Of a DNA stretch of 32,000 nucleotides, positions 7,999 to 17,956 are shown one piece after another; the first letter of the stretch is position 1, and each line of letters begins with the position of its first letter. The stretch lies in contig OZ245049.1 of assembly GCA_965224465.1 (NCBI GenBank), forward strand, positions 4,020,001 to 4,052,000. Direction: 5' to 3'. The stretch comes from Flavobacteriaceae bacterium (GTDB lineage Bacteria > Bacteroidota > Bacteroidia > Flavobacteriales > Flavobacteriaceae). The notes below the pieces were generated by a model, which saw only the letters and a program-made list of their open reading frames with translations, searched no databases and was not told where the DNA came from. The translations under genes were made by a program, and so were the position numbers.

Positions 7999-8574
7999 AT
8001 GAAAAGAAATCAATTATATCCAGTTTTTCTGAAAGTATCAGAATTAAACATCCTTATTGTAGGAGGGGGATATGTCGCCTGTGAGAAACTGAGTTTTTTA
8101 CTCAAATCCAGTCCGAATGCAAAGGTAAAAGTGGTCGCCACTTATTTTTCGGATGAAATTAAAGTACTTGCTAAAAAATACAAGACTCCGTTGGTGTTTG
8201 GAGAATACGGACGTAATTTAATGTATAAGCAACAAATTGTAATTGCTGCAACCAATGATGAGAAACTTAACGAACAGATATATTTTGATGCAAAGTCATT
8301 TAATATATTAATCAATGTTGCAGATACACCAGATTTATGTGATTTTTACTTGGGAGGTATTGTTACTAAGGGGAATGTGAAAATAGCCATTTCTACAAAT
8401 GGAAAATCACCCACCATGGCGAAGAGATTACGTCAGTTTTTTGAAAAAGTATTGCCAGAAAATTTGGATGATGTAGTTTTAAATCTGAATGTAGTTCGCG
8501 ATAGAATCTCTGGTGATTTTTCCAGAAAAGTATCTAGCCTTAATAGGTTAACAAAAAGTTTGATAGAGAATTAG
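7999..8574 (+). CDS. Precorrin-2 dehydrogenase / sirohydrochlorin ferrochelatase (CysG N-terminal domain / SirC / Met8-like)
   Basis: 191 aa with the Rossmann motif LIVGGGYVACEK and the block ISTNGKSPTMAKRLR typical of siroheme synthase N-domains. Adjacent to cobA and the sulfite reductase. Confidence 0.85.
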   Translation: MKRNQLYPVFLKVSELNILIVGGGYVACEKLSFLLKSSPNAKVKVVATYFSDEIKVLAKKYKTPLVFGEYGRNLMYKQQIVIAATNDEKLNEQIYFDAKSFNILINVADTPDLCDFYLGGIVTKGNVKIAISTNGKSPTMAKRLRQFFEKVLPENLDDVVLNLNVVRDRISGDFSRKVSSLNRLTKSLIEN

Positions 8575-8726
8575 AAGTGGTTCCAAACTCAATTCTAAAG
8601 TAGCTATGGTGCGTTTTTAGGGAAGGTGTTTCGATGTTGATTATTCAAAAAGTATTCGATATTACTTAAAATTTGTATTGAGAACAGATGCGTAAATCAA
8701 AAAATAACAATATATTTATTTAAAAA

Positions 8727-9470
8727 ATGAGTCCAATAAGTTATAAAGTTTGCCTTAAGGATGATGTAGAGCAGTTTTCAAAACAATTGTTTTATTCTTT
8801 ATTTGATGCTTGTAGGCAAGGAAAGGAAGCTTTACAAAATTTAAGAATGTCATTTTTAGAAATAACTACTGCCTTAGAGATTAAAGATGCAGATAAACAA
8901 TGGCTTGTTTTTAGCAGGAAATTCCCTCAAATTAGACAACAGTTGGATTTGGATGCAATTGCCTTTGAAAAAAATGATCCTGCTGCAAAAAGTTTACAGG
9001 AAATTTACCTAGCATACCCTGGGTTTTATGCTGTTGTGATGTATCGTTTAAGTCATCAATTACTCCTTCAAAATGTACCTGTAATCCCTAGGATGATGAG
9101 TGAATTTGCCCACGGTTTAACAGGAACAGATATTCATCCAGGAGCTACCATAGGTGCATCTTTTTTTATAGATCATGCTACAGGGATTGTGATTGGAGAG
9201 ACCGCCGTTATTAAAAATAACGTTAAAATATATCAAGGAGTTACCCTTGGAGGAATTGAGGTCAAGAAGAGTTTAGCATCCACAAAAAGACACCCAACTA
9301 TAGAGAATAATGTAACAATTTATGCCAATGCAACTATTTTAGGAGGGACAATTAGTATTGGAGAAAATAGTATTATAGGAGCCAATGTTTGGATAACAAA
9401 AAGTATTCCTGCAGATTCTTTAGTTACCTATAGGTCTGAAATAAATATAAAACCAAAATCATCTAAATAA
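8727..9470 (+). CDS. cysE: Serine O-acetyltransferase
   Basis: 247 aa with the block TGTDIHPGATIGASFFIDHATGIVIGETAVI and left-handed beta-helix hexapeptide repeats. Adjacent to the cysteine synthase gene. Confidence 0.9.
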   Translation: MSPISYKVCLKDDVEQFSKQLFYSLFDACRQGKEALQNLRMSFLEITTALEIKDADKQWLVFSRKFPQIRQQLDLDAIAFEKNDPAAKSLQEIYLAYPGFYAVVMYRLSHQLLLQNVPVIPRMMSEFAHGLTGTDIHPGATIGASFFIDHATGIVIGETAVIKNNVKIYQGVTLGGIEVKKSLASTKRHPTIENNVTIYANATILGGTISIGENSIIGANVWITKSIPADSLVTYRSEINIKPKSSK

Positions 9471-9481
9471 AGCATTTTAAA

Positions 9482-10375
9482 ATGATAAAATCACAATCAA
9501 TTTTAGATCAAATAGGAAATACACCTTTAGTAGAATTAAAAAATATTTTCAAAAAAAACGGCGTTCGTTTATTCGTTAAATTAGAAGGGAATAATCCTGG
9601 AGCTAGTGTAAAGGATCGTGCTGCGTATAATATGATGCAACAAGCTTTGTTGCGTAGTGAAATAAAAAAAGGAGACACCTTAGTGGAAGCAACTAGCGGG
9701 AATACAGGTATTTCTTTGGCATTTATAGCCCAGTTGTTAGGGTTGAAAATGATATTGATAATGCCGGAAAATTCAACATTAGAACGTGTGAAAACAATGC
9801 GAGCATATGGAGCAGAAGTTATTTTAACGCCCGCTGAAATAGGGATAGAAGGGTCTCGAGATTTGGCGATAGAATTGCATAAAACCAACGGATATTTTAT
9901 TTTAAATCAATTTAAAAATCCCGATAATTGGAAAGCCCATTATAAAACTACAGCTCCAGAAATTTGGAGAGATACCAATGGAGAAATCACCCATTTTGTG
10001 TCCGCTATGGGGACCACAGGAACCATTATAGGGGTGGCGACGTTTTTAAAGGAAAAAAACAATAAAATTCATATTGTTGGTGCACAACCTACAGACAATG
10101 CGAAGATACCAGGAATTCGAAAATGGTCAGAAGCTTATGTCCCAGAAATTTTTGATAAAACAAAAGTGGATCAAGTGATAGAAGTGGGAGAGCAGGAAGC
10201 TAAAAACATGACCATTCGCTTGGCAAAAGAAGAAGGAATATTTGCGGGGATGAGCAGCGGTGGAGCCGTAGAAAGTGCTCTGAAATTAATAGAAACAATC
10301 AATAAAGGTGTTGTTGTAGCCATTATTTGCGACCGAGGAGATCGCTATTTGTCTTCGGACTTGTTCGAAAACTAA
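9482..10375 (+). CDS. cysM: Cysteine synthase (O-acetylserine sulfhydrylase), CysM-like
   Basis: 297 aa. Blocks KLEGNNPGASVKDRAA (PLP lysine), TSGNTGISLA, SAMGTTGTI, IPGIRKW and AIICDRGDRYLSS closely parallel E. coli CysM as I recall it. Confidence 0.88.
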   Translation: MIKSQSILDQIGNTPLVELKNIFKKNGVRLFVKLEGNNPGASVKDRAAYNMMQQALLRSEIKKGDTLVEATSGNTGISLAFIAQLLGLKMILIMPENSTLERVKTMRAYGAEVILTPAEIGIEGSRDLAIELHKTNGYFILNQFKNPDNWKAHYKTTAPEIWRDTNGEITHFVSAMGTTGTIIGVATFLKEKNNKIHIVGAQPTDNAKIPGIRKWSEAYVPEIFDKTKVDQVIEVGEQEAKNMTIRLAKEEGIFAGMSSGGAVESALKLIETINKGVVVAIICDRGDRYLSSDLFEN

Positions 10376-10451
10376 TATTTTTTACAAAAAGTAGTGAAAT
10401 CAAAAAAATATTGCGTTAATTTGTTACTTAGTTCATTCATTTACTGAATAT

Positions 10452-10549
10452 GTTATCAAGAAAGGCAGAGGGATTAGACCCGTTGAAGCCTTAGCAACCC
10501 TTTATCTTATTAAAGTAGGTGCTACATTCTACCATTTTGGATAGATAGC
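10452..10549 (+). ncRNA. SAM-I (S-box) riboswitch aptamer
   Basis: gttatcaagaaaggcagagggattagacccgttgaagccttagcaaccc...aggtgctacattctacc...ggatagatagc matches the SAM-I core (UAUCAAGA.AGG..GAGGGA..GGCCC..UGAA.CC..GCAACC...GGUGCUA.). P1 pairs gttatc (10452-10457) with gatagc (10544-10549). It lies 165 nt upstream of the metH N-terminal gene. Confidence 0.85.
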
Positions 10550-10714
10550 TCAATCGATTTTTAAAAATCTACTTACATTATTTTTTGACAACATTTTAGA
10601 GCGTTCCCACAAGGGTCGGGCTTTCCGCTGTATCTTTTTTTAAAGAAAAAAAGGATGCCGCTGCAATCCCTAACGCAGAATGTACTGTTATATAAAAATT
10701 ATAATTGTTTTATA

Positions 10715-11707
10715 ATGTCAAGAATAGAAGAAGAATTACAAAAACGAATTTTAATATTGGATGGCGCCATGGGAACCATGTTGCAGGCGTATAAATTTTC
10801 GGAAAACGATTTTAGAGGAGAACGATTTAAAGCACATCCGTCTCCATTAAAAGGGAACAACGATTTGTTGTCTATCACCCAACCAGAAGCTATAAAAAGT
10901 ATACATGCTAAATATTTTGAAGCAGGAGCAGATATCGTAGAGACCAATACTTTTTCTTCAACCACCATTGCTATGGCAGATTATGATTTGGAAGCTATTG
11001 TATACGATTTGAATTTTGAATCTGCAAAAATAGCCAAGGAAGTAGCGGCTGAGTTTACTCAAAAAGAACCTCATAAACCTCGTTTTGTTGCGGGATCTAT
11101 AGGGCCTACAAATAAAACAGCAAGTATGTCTCCAGATGTAAATGATCCAGGGTATAGAGCTGTAACCTTCGAGGACTTACGGGTTGCTTATAAGCAGCAA
11201 GTAGAAGCCTTGATGGATGGAGGTGTGGATTTATTATTGGTAGAAACTGTTTTTGATACCTTGAACGCCAAGGCAGCTTTGTTTGCTATAGAAGAAGTAA
11301 AGTCCGAGAGGAATAGTAGCATTCCTATTATGTTAAGTGGAACTATTACCGATGCTAGTGGTAGAACATTGTCGGGTCAGACAGCCGAAGCATTTTTGAT
11401 TTCTATCAGCCATATCCCCTTGCTAACTGTTGGTTTTAATTGTGCCTTAGGCGCCAATTTGTTGCAGCCGCATTTAGAAGCTATAGCGAATAAAACAAGT
11501 TTTGGAATTTCTGCACACCCCAATGCAGGACTCCCTAATGCCTTTGGAGAATATGAGGAATCTGCCGAAGATATGGCAGAACAGATAGAGGAATATTTAA
11601 AAAAAGACTTGATTAATATTATTGGAGGCTGCTGCGGAACAACACCAGAACATATTAAAGCAATTGCGGAGTTGGCGAGTAGATATGATCCTAGAGTTTG
11701 TGGGTGA
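10715..11707 (+). CDS. metH: Homocysteine S-methyltransferase domain protein (N-terminal module of a split cobalamin-dependent methionine synthase)
   Basis: Starts MSRIEEELQKRILILDGAMGTML. Contains the Zn-ligand region GFNCALG and IIGGCCGTTPEHI. The track ORF starts at 10655 but would read through a structured leader, so I prefer the ATG at 10715. Confidence 0.88.
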   Translation: MSRIEEELQKRILILDGAMGTMLQAYKFSENDFRGERFKAHPSPLKGNNDLLSITQPEAIKSIHAKYFEAGADIVETNTFSSTTIAMADYDLEAIVYDLNFESAKIAKEVAAEFTQKEPHKPRFVAGSIGPTNKTASMSPDVNDPGYRAVTFEDLRVAYKQQVEALMDGGVDLLLVETVFDTLNAKAALFAIEEVKSERNSSIPIMLSGTITDASGRTLSGQTAEAFLISISHIPLLTVGFNCALGANLLQPHLEAIANKTSFGISAHPNAGLPNAFGEYEESAEDMAEQIEEYLKKDLINIIGGCCGTTPEHIKAIAELASRYDPRVCG

Positions 11708-11718
11708 TTTACACCACA

Positions 11719-11869
11719 CAATCCAAAATGACCGATATAAATAGGTTGTTTTACGTTCTATCGTTGTTGAAAAAACGAACGATAGCTAAGGCTATCCTAA
11801 GATTTTCCGTCTAGCTAAAACAAAAAATAATTCCATTTCTAAACCGTCAATGGAAATGTATTTGGTATT
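11719..11869 (+). repeat. Dispersed intergenic repeat, copy 3 (modules A and B)
   Basis: Begins caatccaaaatgaccgat 12 nt after the stop of the first metH gene. It has an intact 28-codon ORF at 11728-11814, a perfect hairpin ctatcgtt-N11-aacgatag, and a module B hairpin ttccatt-N11-aatggaa. Confidence 0.9.
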
Positions 11870-12060
11870 AGAAACACCATTGTATCTGTCATCAGATCAA
11901 AATTATAGTATTAAAATAAAAGTCGAAGCATTGTTAGTTCAAATAGAGACTTGTAAAAAAATGTTAAATGGTTTTAAAAATGAGTAGATAAAGTTATGAT
12001 TTATGAGAGAGCCAAGTCAATTCGTGAATTAATTTAACCAACAACTAGCAACCAACAATT

Positions 12061-14745
12061 ATGAGCAAGCAACCAGTACTTAAAAAATATTTAAAATTAT
12101 CAGGGCTCGAGCCACTCGTTTTAAACGAGAATTCCAATTTTATAAATGTTGGAGAACGGACCAATGTAGCAGGGTCTCGTAAGTTTTTACGCCTGATTAA
12201 GGAGGAGAAATTTGACGAAGCCTTAGCTATCGCACGACATCAAGTAGATGGAGGTGCACAAATTATTGACGTTAATATGGATGACGGCTTGATAGACGGA
12301 AAAGAATCTATGGTTCGTTTTCTGAATTTAATAGCAGCCGAACCAGATATTTGTAAAGTTCCATTGATGATTGATAGTTCCAAATGGGAAATTATAGAAG
12401 CTGGATTACAAGTGGTACAGGGGAAATGCGTGGTGAATTCTATTTCTTTAAAAGAGGGAGAGGAGAATTTTATTAAGCAGGCAACCTTAGTAAAAAGGTA
12501 CGGTGCTGCAGTTATTATCATGGCTTTTGATGAGACAGGGCAAGCAGATACCTATGAACGCCGAATTGAAATTGCAGCCCGTTCTTATCGCGTATTAGTA
12601 GATAAAGTTGGATTTGCATCAGAAGATATTATTTTTGATTTAAATGTTTTTCCTGTAGCTACAGGAATGGACGAACATAAAAACAATGCCGTAGATTTTA
12701 TAGAAGCCACACGATGGGTACGACAAAATTTACCCAATGTAAATGTGAGTGGGGGCGTAAGCAATGTGTCTTTTTCCTTTCGTGGGAATAATGGAGTACG
12801 AGAAGCCATGCATTCTGTATTTTTATATTACGCCATTCAAGCAGGTATGAATATTGGAATTGTAAACCCTGCAATGTTGGAAGTATATGACGATATTCCG
12901 AAAGATTTATTGGAGCATGTAGAGGATGTGATATTAAATCGTAGGGATGATGCTACGGAGCGATTGCTCGATTTTGCTGAAACCGTAAAAGGAACTAAGA
13001 AAGCGCGAGTGTTAGATTTGTCATGGAGAAAAAAATCTGTGCAAGATAGGATTACACATGCCTTGGTAAAAGGTGTAGACGAATTTATTGTAGAAGATGT
13101 TGAAGAAGCTCGTTTGGGCAGTTCAAAGCCTATCCAAGTGATTGAAATTAATTTGATGACAGGTATGAATGTGGTGGGAGATTTATTTGGTGCAGGAAAA
13201 ATGTTTTTGCCCCAAGTAGTGAAATCAGCAAGGGTTATGAAAAAAGCCGTTGCATACTTAAATCCGTTTATTGAAGAAGATAAAGGTGAGTCTATAAAAA
13301 GCTTAGGACGTATTTTAATGGCTACTGTAAAAGGAGATGTGCATGATATTGGTAAAAATATTGTAAGCGTTGTGTTGGGTTGTAATAATTATGAAATTAT
13401 TGATTTAGGGGTAATGGTGCCGCCCGAAAAGATAATTGAAGCGGCAAAAAAAGAAAATGTTGATATTATTGGTTTGTCTGGCTTGATAACACCGTCTTTG
13501 GATGAAATGGTGTATTTGGCACAGGAAATGGAACGTCAAAACTTTAAAGTTCCTTTAATAATAGGAGGGGCAACAACTTCTAAGGCGCATACTGCTGTAA
13601 AGATAAACCCTTCATATTCAAATGCAGTGGTGCATGTAAATGATGCCTCTAGAGCAGTAACTGTTGTTGGTGATTTATTAAATGCATCAACTTCTAAAGA
13701 GTATATTGCCAATATAAAAAACGACTACGAGAAATTTAAGATCTCTTTTCTCAATAGAGGAAAAACTAAAAATTATGTATCCATAAGTGAAGCTAGGGAG
13801 AATAAATTTATGATTGATTGGGAAGCTTCATCGGTAAAAAAACCAAATGAGTTAGGAGTTCAGATGTTAAAGCAATTGAGTTTAAAGGATTTGTTGCCGT
13901 TTATAGATTGGCAGCCGTTTTTTAAGACGTGGGATTTACATGGTCGGTTTCCTGCTTTATTGACAGATGCTGTTGTGGGGGAACAAGCTACTCATTTATA
14001 TGCGGATGCAAAACGTTTGATAGAAGAAGTGATTGCGGGTCAGTTGTTTACTCCGAAAGCAGTTTTTGGCTTGTTTGAAGCAAATAGTGATGATAAAGAT
14101 GATATTATCATTCGTAAAAAAGGAAAAGAACAGGCTGTATTCAGAACCTTACGTCAGCAATTAAAAAAGAAGAATGGGATTCCAAATATTGCATTGTCAG
14201 ATTTTGTAGCGCCTTTATCTAGTGGTATTCAAGACTATATGGGGACTTTTTGTGTCTCTATTTTTGGTGTAGAGGAGTTGGCAAAAGAGTACAAGGAAAA
14301 CGACGACGATTATACCGCTATTATGGTGCAGGCTATTGGGGATAGATTTGCAGAAGCATTTGCAGAATATTTGCATAAAAGGGTTCGAACCTTACATTGG
14401 GGGTATTCTAAGGACGAATCGCTGAGTAATGAAGAATTGATTAAGGAAAAATATAATGGGATTAGACCTGCGCCTGGCTATCCTGCTTGTCCAGATCATT
14501 TAGAAAAAGAAACTATTTGGGAATTGTTGCAAGTAGAAAAAATAATAGGAGTACAGTTGACCGAAAGCTTGGCTATGTGGCCAGCTTCTTCTGTCTCGGG
14601 ATATTATTTTGCGAACGAAAAATCTAAGTATTTTGGTTTGGGAAAAATAGCAGACGATCAGCTAGCGGATTATGCGTCGCGAAAAGGCATCAGTTTAAAA
14701 AAAGCAAAAAAGTGGTTATTCCCCAATTTAGCCAATCAAGAATAA
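12061..14745 (+). CDS. metH: Methionine synthase, pterin-binding + cobalamin-binding + AdoMet-activation modules (C-terminal part of split MetH)
   Basis: 894 aa. It begins at the MetH domain boundary ([30 protein letters not shown]). It carries the B12-binding DxHxxG motif ([11 protein letters not shown]) and a C-terminal reactivation domain ([12 protein letters not shown]). Confidence 0.93.
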   Translation: MSKQPVLKKYLKLSGLEPLVLNENSNFINVGERTNVAGSRKFLRLIKEEKFDEALAIARHQVDGGAQIIDVNMDDGLIDGKESMVRFLNLIAAEPDICKVPLMIDSSKWEIIEAGLQVVQGKCVVNSISLKEGEENFIKQATLVKRYGAAVIIMAFDETGQADTYERRIEIAARSYRVLVDKVGFASEDIIFDLNVFPVATGMDEHKNNAVDFIEATRWVRQNLPNVNVSGGVSNVSFSFRGNNGVREAMHSVFLYYAIQAGMNIGIVNPAMLEVYDDIPKDLLEHVEDVILNRRDDATERLLDFAETVKGTKKARVLDLSWRKKSVQDRITHALVKGVDEFIVEDVEEARLGSSKPIQVIEINLMTGMNVVGDLFGAGKMFLPQVVKSARVMKKAVAYLNPFIEEDKGESIKSLGRILMATVKGDVHDIGKNIVSVVLGCNNYEIIDLGVMVPPEKIIEAAKKENVDIIGLSGLITPSLDEMVYLAQEMERQNFKVPLIIGGATTSKAHTAVKINPSYSNAVVHVNDASRAVTVVGDLLNASTSKEYIANIKNDYEKFKISFLNRGKTKNYVSISEARENKFMIDWEASSVKKPNELGVQMLKQLSLKDLLPFIDWQPFFKTWDLHGRFPALLTDAVVGEQATHLYADAKRLIEEVIAGQLFTPKAVFGLFEANSDDKDDIIIRKKGKEQAVFRTLRQQLKKKNGIPNIALSDFVAPLSSGIQDYMGTFCVSIFGVEELAKEYKENDDDYTAIMVQAIGDRFAEAFAEYLHKRVRTLHWGYSKDESLSNEELIKEKYNGIRPAPGYPACPDHLEKETIWELLQVEKIIGVQLTESLAMWPASSVSGYYFANEKSKYFGLGKIADDQLADYASRKGISLKKAKKWLFPNLANQE

Positions 14746-14815
14746 GAGACTTAATAATGTGTAGCAGACATTATTTTTGAAAGATATAATACCAGCAACC
14801 AGTAATTAATAACCA

Positions 14816-15772
14816 ATGAAAGTAACAGAACACATACAGCAAGCAGTAGGGAAAACATTGTTTTCTTTTGAAATTATACCGCCTCAAAAAGGGCAAAACA
14901 TCAATGATTTATATGCGAATATAGATCCTTTGATGGAGTTTAATCCTCCTTTTATTGATGTGACAACATCTAGAGAAGAGCGTATTTATATCGATAAAGG
15001 AAATGGGCTTTTGGAACAGAAGATTACACGTATGCGTCCTGGAACTGTAGGGATATGTGCCGCTTTAAAATACAAGTACAATGTTGATGCTATTCCGCAT
15101 GTTTTATGTGGTGGTTTTACCAAAGAGGAGACAGAGTATGTACTAGTGGACTGTCATTATTTAGGATTGGACAATGTAATGGCTTTGCGTGGAGATGCTA
15201 TGAAGCATGAACAGTATTTTAAACCAGTACCTGGAGGCAATCATTATGCGGTGGATTTAGTGTCTCAAATATATGAATTGAATCAAGGTAGGTATTTGCA
15301 CGAGATTATAGAGAAGCCTTATAAATCAGATTTTTGTATCGGTGTAGCTGGATATCCAGAAAAACATATGGAATCACCAAGTATGGATGCGGATCTAAGG
15401 CGTTTAAAGCAAAAAGTTGATGCAGGTGCAGATTATGTGGTTACTCAAATGTTTTTTGACAATCAAAAATATTTTGAGTTTGTGAAGAAGGCGAAAGAAA
15501 TGGGAATCCATGTGCCTATTATTCCAGGGATTAAGCCGATTGCCGTGGAGCGTCATCTACACATATTGCCTCAGGTGTTTAAGTTGGATTTGCCAGATGT
15601 ATTGGTGCAAGAAATTGAAGCTTGTAAAAATAATAAGGAGATTCGTCAAGTAGGGATTGAATGGGCAATACAGCAGTCGAAAGAATTAATAGCGGCAGGA
15701 GTGCCTGTAGTTCATTTTTATTCAATGGGCAAGTCTAGTAATATCTATACAATTGCTAAAGAAATATTCTAA
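14816..15772 (+). CDS. metF: 5,10-methylenetetrahydrofolate reductase
   Basis: 318 aa with MetF-like blocks FSFEIIPPQKG, ALRGD, GVAGYPEKH and DYVVTQMFFD. Follows metH directly. Confidence 0.9.
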   Translation: MKVTEHIQQAVGKTLFSFEIIPPQKGQNINDLYANIDPLMEFNPPFIDVTTSREERIYIDKGNGLLEQKITRMRPGTVGICAALKYKYNVDAIPHVLCGGFTKEETEYVLVDCHYLGLDNVMALRGDAMKHEQYFKPVPGGNHYAVDLVSQIYELNQGRYLHEIIEKPYKSDFCIGVAGYPEKHMESPSMDADLRRLKQKVDAGADYVVTQMFFDNQKYFEFVKKAKEMGIHVPIIPGIKPIAVERHLHILPQVFKLDLPDVLVQEIEACKNNKEIRQVGIEWAIQQSKELIAAGVPVVHFYSMGKSSNIYTIAKEIF

Positions 15773-16014
15773 AAAAAGAAACAATTTTAAATGATGGATG
15801 TAAATCAAGTGTTTCCCGTTTTCTTACCTAGAGAAAATACAAACGGAATGATTTCAAATGGCTTATTTGGTGTTGTACTGTTTTGGTAGGCTGATTTATT
15901 ATTCTAGCAAAGAATCATTTGTAACAGTTGTTACGTATCCATTTTATAAATCGCTTTGATGCTTGTATAAGATAAACTGATTATATGCGATGTCCAAATA
16001 GCCAAATAATTGAG

Positions 16015-16022
16015 TATATTTG
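16015..16022 (+). promoter_or_regulatory. Candidate -7 promoter element for trxA
   Basis: A perfect TAtaTTTG lies 33 nt upstream of the trxA ATG. No convincing -33 TTTG was found. Confidence 0.3.
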
Positions 16023-16054
16023 TCCCGTTAAGAATAACATTAAAATAAATAAAC

Positions 16055-16372
16055 ATGGCAATAGAAATAACAGACGCTAATTTTGACGAAGTAGTTTTAA
16101 AATCAGACAAGCCAGTATTGGTAGATTTTTGGGCAGCATGGTGTGGACCTTGTAGAATGGTTGGACCTATTGTAGAAGAATTAGCTACCGAATATGAAGG
16201 AAAAGCAATTGTTGGAAAAGTAGATGTAGATGCAAATCAAGAGTTCGCAGCTAAATATGGTGTGAGAAATATACCAACAGTAATTATTTTCAAAAATGGA
16301 GAAGTAGTTGATAAACAAGTAGGAGTTGCTCCAAAAGCAACCTATGCTGGTAAAATTGATGCACATTTATAA
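16055..16372 (+). CDS. trxA: Thioredoxin
   Basis: 105 aa with the active site WCGPC in the canonical context ([12 protein letters not shown]). Confidence 0.95.
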   Translation: MAIEITDANFDEVVLKSDKPVLVDFWAAWCGPCRMVGPIVEELATEYEGKAIVGKVDVDANQEFAAKYGVRNIPTVIIFKNGEVVDKQVGVAPKATYAGKIDAHL

Positions 16373-16390
16373 AAATAAATGACACATATA

Positions 16391-16425
16391 AAAAAAGGGT
16401 TCGGCAGATGTCGAACCCTTTTTTT
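16391..16425. terminator. Rho-independent terminator (A-tract/stem/T-tract, potentially bidirectional)
   Basis: aaaaaa-gggttcg-gcagatgt-cgaaccc-ttttttt: a 7-bp GC-rich stem at 16397-16403 / 16412-16418 followed by T7. It lies 19 nt after the trxA stop. Confidence 0.85.
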
Positions 16426-16540
16426 ATGTGTTTTTTTAACGAAGATCATTTCTTATTCTTAAGTCAATTCTTATTTCGAGTATGATTATTTTACTATATT
16501 TACAAAGGGATGCCTTAAAAGGTGTTGTTAAAAGAAAAGG

Positions 16541-17464
16541 ATGTCAGAAATAAATGTTAAACAAATAGCCGAGCTTCAGAATTTAGAGTTGTTGGCACGG
16601 CAAGTGGTAGAGGGTTTTATTACGGGGATGCATAAAAGCCCATTTCATGGGTTTTCTGTGGAGTTTGCGGAGCATCGAATTTATAATAAAGGTGAAAGTA
16701 CAAGACATATAGATTGGAAACTGTATGCCAGGACAAAAAAAATGTTTGTAAAGCGTTTCGAAGAGGAAACAAATTTACGCTGTCATATTATTATTGATAA
16801 TTCCGCTTCTATGTACTATCCCGTTATTGATCGTCCTAGCTTGCGCCAACTGAACAAAATTTCCTTTTCGGTATACGCAGCAGCATCTCTTATGGAAATT
16901 TTAAAGCGACAACGTGATGCTGTAGGACTGAGTGTCTATAGCAATCAAACTAATTTTTATGCACCCGCCAAGGGCAGTGATCGTCACAGAAGGATGTTGT
17001 TGAGTTATCTAGACAAAGTATTGCAAGCAAAAAATACAGACACTACAGGCACCTATAAAGTACTACATCAAATAGCAGAAAAAGTCCACAAGCGTTCATT
17101 GTTGTTTTTATTTACGGACATGTTTCAAAATGATAAGGATCAAATGGCTTTATTTGAAGCTTTGCGTCATTTAAAATACAACAAACATGAGTTAGTTTTA
17201 TTCCATACTTACGATGGGAAACATGAATTGAACTTTGATTTTGATAATTCTCCCAAAAAATTTATTGACGTAGAAACAGGAGAAGAGATCAATTTATACG
17301 CAGAAACTATAAAGGAAAATTACAGAAAACAGGTGAAATCTATGTTTAATGATTTGAAATTAAAGTGTATGCAATATAAAATAGATTACGTGCCTGTAGA
17401 TATTAATGAAGGCTTTGAAAAAGTATTAATGACCTATTTGAAAAGAAGAAAAATGTTTTTGTAA
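16541..17464 (+). CDS. DUF58 domain protein (vWA-like fold)
   Basis: 307 aa. The block GMHKSPFHGFSVEFAEHRIYNKGESTRHIDWKLYART is the hallmark DUF58 motif. No MoxR or BatA partners lie adjacent. Confidence 0.8.
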   Translation: MSEINVKQIAELQNLELLARQVVEGFITGMHKSPFHGFSVEFAEHRIYNKGESTRHIDWKLYARTKKMFVKRFEEETNLRCHIIIDNSASMYYPVIDRPSLRQLNKISFSVYAAASLMEILKRQRDAVGLSVYSNQTNFYAPAKGSDRHRRMLLSYLDKVLQAKNTDTTGTYKVLHQIAEKVHKRSLLFLFTDMFQNDKDQMALFEALRHLKYNKHELVLFHTYDGKHELNFDFDNSPKKFIDVETGEEINLYAETIKENYRKQVKSMFNDLKLKCMQYKIDYVPVDINEGFEKVLMTYLKRRKMFL

Positions 17465-17481
17465 AATTTGTTTAAAAAAGC

Positions 17482-17512
17482 TTTGTAGATACGGAAAAGG
17501 CTCTTATATTTG
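17482..17512 (+). promoter_or_regulatory. Bacteroidota-type promoter of tRNA-Asp copy 1
   Basis: TTTG (17482-17485), a 19-bp spacer, then TAtaTTTG (17505-17512), 18 nt upstream of the tRNA. The same arrangement is repeated at 18344-18374. Confidence 0.6.
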
Positions 17513-17529
17513 CAACCGCTAAGAGCAAC

Positions 17530-17603
17530 GGTCTGGTAGTTCAGCTGGTTAGAATACCTGCCTGTCACGCAGGGGGTCGCGGGTTCGAGTCCCGTCCAGA
17601 CCG
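17530..17603 (+). tRNA. tRNA-Asp (anticodon GUC)
   Basis: Hand-folded cloverleaf. Acceptor stem GGTCTGG/CCAGACC, anticodon stem CCTGC/GCAGG with loop CTGTCAC, and T-loop TTCGAGT. Very similar to E. coli tRNA-Asp. CCA is not encoded. Confidence 0.93.
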
Positions 17604-17608
17604 CAAAA

Positions 17609-17636
17609 AGCATCTCAATTTTGAGATGCTTTTTTT
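17609..17636 (+). terminator. Rho-independent terminator after tRNA-Asp copy 1
   Basis: agcatctca-attt-tgagatgct followed by T7. Confidence 0.8.
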
Positions 17637-17956
17637 GTGTTATACACTTTTGTGTGGATTGGTTTTTAGGAAAGAGATGCTTCTTTTTCTGAACCAATTC
17701 CAAACACATACTTCTAAATTTCACCTTCCTTATTTTTGTAGTGTAGTTTATAAAGCACAGCGTCGAATGCAATGCTTTTTAAGTAGCTATTCTTTGTAGA
17801 TAGGTAATTAATAATTTGACCGATGTTTCTTTTCTAAATACGGTTCTAAATCCTTTTGTTTTGCATGGGGATTCCTTCTAAAAGTGGACTGTTCTTTTGT
17901 TTTTAAAATCGATGCATGTTGTTTTTTGTCTCTTGATATTGGTATGATACCAATAT

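Noticed and set aside
9508-9888. Minus-strand ORFs overlapping + strand genes. Examples: 1421-1606, 2218-2439, 2888-3094, 3401-3589, 5536-5745, 6237-6754, 9508-9888, 10699-10968, 11377-11721, 12240-12809 and 16181-16366.
   Set aside because: Each lies antisense inside a + strand gene with strong family motifs. Their products are low-complexity with no recognisable motifs. They are shadow ORFs typical of AT-rich genomes.
15791-15889. 32-codon ORF (MMDVNQVFPVFLPRENTNGMISNGLFGVVLFW) in the metF-trxA spacer.
   Set aside because: It is a single occurrence with no repeat or conservation evidence available in the window. It is indistinguishable from chance.
16541-17464. DUF58 gene as part of a MoxR/Bat aerotolerance-like system.
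   Set aside because: No MoxR ATPase, vWA BatA/B or TPR partners flank it here. It is a lone gene between a terminator and a tRNA, so no system can be claimed from this window.
17434-17772. 112-aa minus-strand ORF.
   Set aside because: It runs straight through tRNA-Asp copy 1, its promoter and its terminator. It is an artefact.
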